From assembly GCA_963701965.1 (NCBI GenBank), contig OY969695.1:3776001-3840000 (forward strand): 64,000 bases of DNA. The letters run 5' to 3'. The notes under the pieces are model-generated. The model searched no databases. It was not told the DNA's origin and was given only the letters and a program-made list of their open reading frames with translations. Every line of letters starts with the position of its first letter. The stretch's first letter is position 1. This DNA comes from an uncultured Gemmatimonadales bacterium. GTDB taxonomy: Bacteria > Gemmatimonadota > Gemmatimonadetes > Gemmatimonadales > Gemmatimonadaceae. The translations under genes and the position numbers were made by a program. Of the stretch, positions 61,341-64,000 are shown piece after piece.

Positions 61341-61648
61341 GTCGGCGCCCGCCACCTCACTGGAGGAGCGCCGCACCGCCAGGGTGCTACCGGGGGATGT
61401 CAATCCGAGCCGCCGTACCGGAGGGGTCAAGGACCTGCTCAGCCGAAGGGGAAACCGTGATGTCACGCCTATCCTGGTAGCAAACCGACGGCCATAAAAC
61501 GGGTGCCCAAAATCAACTTTTCGCACCCGTGTGACTTTCGGTAAGAACCGACGTGGTCTAAGTTTACGCGCTTGGTTGCGGGCCGGTGTGACGCCGATCA
61601 CGCGCTAGCGAGTGTTGCGTCGAAACCACAGTGTGCTTTGCACAGGAC

Positions 61649-62749
61649 ATGCCGCCAGCGCGCATCCTGCACGTCGTTGCACCTGCGGAGGTTGGAGGGC
61701 TCGAAAGCGTGGTGCGCACGTTGACCGCCGGCCAGTTGGCCCAAGGTCACGATGTGCACGTCGCCGCGGTCCTGGACCGTCCGCGGCCATCCCGCCACAC
61801 GTTTCTCGACGCGCTGGACCGGAATGGCGTCGCCACGACGGTCCTGACCGTGTCCGGCCGTGCCTATGCGCGCGAACGGGCGGCGGTGTCGGCGCTGTGC
61901 GGGCAATGGCGCCCCAATGTGGTGCATACGCATGGGTATCGGCCGGATGTCGTGGATGCGGGAGCGGCGCGGCGCGCCGGGGTGCCGGTCGTCACGACCG
62001 TGCATGGGTTCACGGGTGCCGGGTGGCGTGGGCGCCTGTATGAGTGGCTCCAACGCCGGGCCTTCCGGTCGTTCGATGCCGTGGTCGTCGTGTCGCGCCC
62101 CCTGGCCGATCGTCTGGCAGCGGATGGCGTCTCTCCCCAGCGGCTGCATCTTATTCGCAATGCGTTCGCGGCCGAAGGATGCGCCGATCGGACCGAGGCC
62201 CGGCGGGCACTCGGCCTCGGCGGTGACGGGTTCGTCGCCGGTTGGGTTGGGCGCGTCTCCCGCGAAAAAGCGGCGGACGTGTTTCTCGACGCGCTCGCGA
62301 TCCTCGACGGATCGATCGGCGCGGCGATCATCGGAGACGGCCGCGAGCGGGCCGCGTTGGCGGCGCGCACCGGCGATCGCCTTGGCGATCGCGTCCAGTG
62401 GCTCGGGCAAGTGGCCGGCGCCGCGCGGCTCATCTCGGCGTTCAATGTGCTCGTCTTGAGCTCCCGCACCGAGGGGACGCCCATCGTGCTGTTCGAGGCG
62501 ATGGCGGCCGGCGTGCCGGTCGTGGCCACGGCGGTGGGCGGCGTCCCGGATGTGGTCTCACCGGCCGAGGCGCTACTCGTGCCCAGCGAAGATCCGGCGG
62601 CGCTGGCGCGGGCGATCGCGACCGTGCGGGACGACCCCGCCGCCGCGCGCCGGCGCGCCGACGCGGCGCGGGCGCGCCTCGCCGCCGACTTCGCGCCCGA
62701 AGCCTGGGTCGAGCGCTACACCGCGGTCTACGACGCAATCCGCCGATGA
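61649..62749 (+). CDS. Glycosyltransferase family 4
   Basis: GGLE, VGRVSREK, SSRTEGTPIVLFEAM. Confidence 0.92.
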   Translation: MPPARILHVVAPAEVGGLESVVRTLTAGQLAQGHDVHVAAVLDRPRPSRHTFLDALDRNGVATTVLTVSGRAYARERAAVSALCGQWRPNVVHTHGYRPDVVDAGAARRAGVPVVTTVHGFTGAGWRGRLYEWLQRRAFRSFDAVVVVSRPLADRLAADGVSPQRLHLIRNAFAAEGCADRTEARRALGLGGDGFVAGWVGRVSREKAADVFLDALAILDGSIGAAIIGDGRERAALAARTGDRLGDRVQWLGQVAGAARLISAFNVLVLSSRTEGTPIVLFEAMAAGVPVVATAVGGVPDVVSPAEALLVPSEDPAALARAIATVRDDPAAARRRADAARARLAADFAPEAWVERYTAVYDAIRR

Positions 62750-63900
62750 CGATGCTGGCGTTGGCGCTCGCCGCGCTGCCGTTCGCTCTCGCGGGTTACG
62801 CCTATGTGGTGTATCCCGTGCTGCTGCGTCTTCTGGCGCGCCAGGGGACCCGACCACCGGAGCCCGAGCCGGGCGCTTGGCCGTTCATCAGCATCACGGT
62901 GCCGGCCTACAATGAAGCCCGGGCGATCGGGCCGACGCTCGACAACCTGTTGGCGGCCGACTATCCCGCTGACCGGCGCGAGATCATCGTCGTCTCCGAC
63001 GCCTCGACCGACGGGACCAATGACATCGTGCGCGGCTACGCGGCGCGCGGAGTATCGCTCGTGCGACTCCCGCAGCGGGGCGGCAAGACCGCCGCCGAGA
63101 ACGCCGCCGCCGCGGCAGTGCGCGGGGATATCGTGGTCAATACCGACGCGTCGGTCCGCATCCGGCCCGACGCGTTGAAACCCCTGATCCGGGCCTTCGG
63201 GGATCCCACGGTCGGGGTGGCGTCGGGGCGCGACGTCAGCGTGGGCGACGTCGCCGCCGAGGCCAGCGCCGGCGAATCCGGGTATGTCGGGTACGAGATG
63301 TCGCTGCGGGCCCTGGAGACGCGCGTGGGCTCGATCATTGGCGCCAGCGGGTGCTTCTACGCGTTCCGGAAAAGCGTGTACGACATGCGCTTTCCTGAAG
63401 CGCTGAGCCGGGATTTCGCCAGTGTTCTGATCGCCCGTGAGCAGGGGTTCCGGTCCGTGTCCGTGGACGACGCGGTCTGTGCCGTGCCGCGTACCGTCTC
63501 GCTCGACGCCGAATTCCGGCGCAAGATCCGCACGATGGCGCGCGGGCTGGCGACGCTCTGGTACAAGCGCGCCCTCCTCGACCCGTTTCGCTACGGCGCG
63601 TTCGCGTTCATGCTGTTCAGCCACAAACTGGCGCGGTGGCTGGTGTACGCGGCCATGCCCTTCGCTGCGCTCGGGCTCCTGATGCTCGGGTTCACGAGTC
63701 CGGTCGGCGCATGGGTGCTTGGCGCGGCCGTTCTGGGCGTGGCCATCGGTGTCGTTGGGATGCGGTGGCGCGAAGCGCCCCGCCTCGTGCGGGTGGCGGG
63801 CTTTGCGTTGGCCAGCGTGATCGCGGGTATGCTGGCGTGGCGCGACGCCCTGGCCCGCAAGCGCCGGCCGATCTGGGAGCCTACGAGACGACCAGTCTGA
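62746..63900 (+). CDS. Membrane glycosyltransferase family 2
   Basis: VPAYNE, SDASTDGT, GGKTAA, TDA, EFRRKIR; flanking TMs. Confidence 0.9.
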   Translation: MTMLALALAALPFALAGYAYVVYPVLLRLLARQGTRPPEPEPGAWPFISITVPAYNEARAIGPTLDNLLAADYPADRREIIVVSDASTDGTNDIVRGYAARGVSLVRLPQRGGKTAAENAAAAAVRGDIVVNTDASVRIRPDALKPLIRAFGDPTVGVASGRDVSVGDVAAEASAGESGYVGYEMSLRALETRVGSIIGASGCFYAFRKSVYDMRFPEALSRDFASVLIAREQGFRSVSVDDAVCAVPRTVSLDAEFRRKIRTMARGLATLWYKRALLDPFRYGAFAFMLFSHKLARWLVYAAMPFAALGLLMLGFTSPVGAWVLGAAVLGVAIGVVGMRWREAPRLVRVAGFALASVIAGMLAWRDALARKRRPIWEPTRRPV

Positions 63901-64000
63901 GGCGCCAGATGACGACGGCCGCCCACAAGAACACCGTCAGCATGAGCGGGACGTCCGACCACACCGCGTCCGTCGGCGATTCGCCGCGTCCGCCCGATTC
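63881..64000 (-). CDS. C-terminus of a probable UbiA-family decaprenyl-phosphate phosphoribosyltransferase-like protein (partial)
   Basis: ESGGRGESPTDAVWSDVPLMLTVFLWAAVVIWRLRLVVS*; G.P.....D.P....V.LW pattern; only 39 aa visible. Confidence 0.5.
   Translation of the reverse strand, partial: ESGGRGESPTDAVWSDVPLMLTVFLWAAVVIWRLRLVVS

Noticed and set aside
1..64000. tRNA/rRNA genes, integrases, transposases, prophage
   Set aside because: None recognised by eye; no tRNAscan or Infernal run was possible.

Overview
This is a high-GC bacterial chromosomal window. The gene set and style suggest Gemmatimonadota, which is an inference. Four blocks are visible. (1) 1-10.7 kb is an accessory region with a GH79 lipoprotein, a methyltransferase, an HTH/VOC pair, a DUF2268 protease, a lipoprotein plus Asp-box protein pair, dinB-like remnants and a single-chain REase-MTase-TRD restriction-modification gene. 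The distal part (4.2-10.8 kb) is arranged as two tandem units, each bounded by a DUF58 3' segment and a dinB 5' segment. (2) 10.7-17.6 kb holds a DUF4129-DUF4350-MoxR-DUF58 operon and an acyl-CoA dehydrogenase. (3) 17.6-23.5 kb is a metH-yitJ-CbiX/SirB operon behind a SAM-II riboswitch with an intrinsic terminator. (4) 25-64 kb is a large exosortase-type (PEP-CTERM-associated families) exopolysaccharide locus with GT2/GT4/GT-C enzymes, Wzx, Wzy/O-antigen ligase, four deacetylase domains, FemAB, ATP-grasp, AsnB and an acyltransferase-SGNH fusion. Embedded in it are two paralogous Ig-repeat lipoproteins with a shared lyase/lectin-like tip domain, each behind its own c-di-GMP-I riboswitch. Four of the five clear frameshifts are the same +A insertion in (C/G)AGATG, which points to motif-specific, probably methylation-linked, sequencing error rather than pseudogenes.
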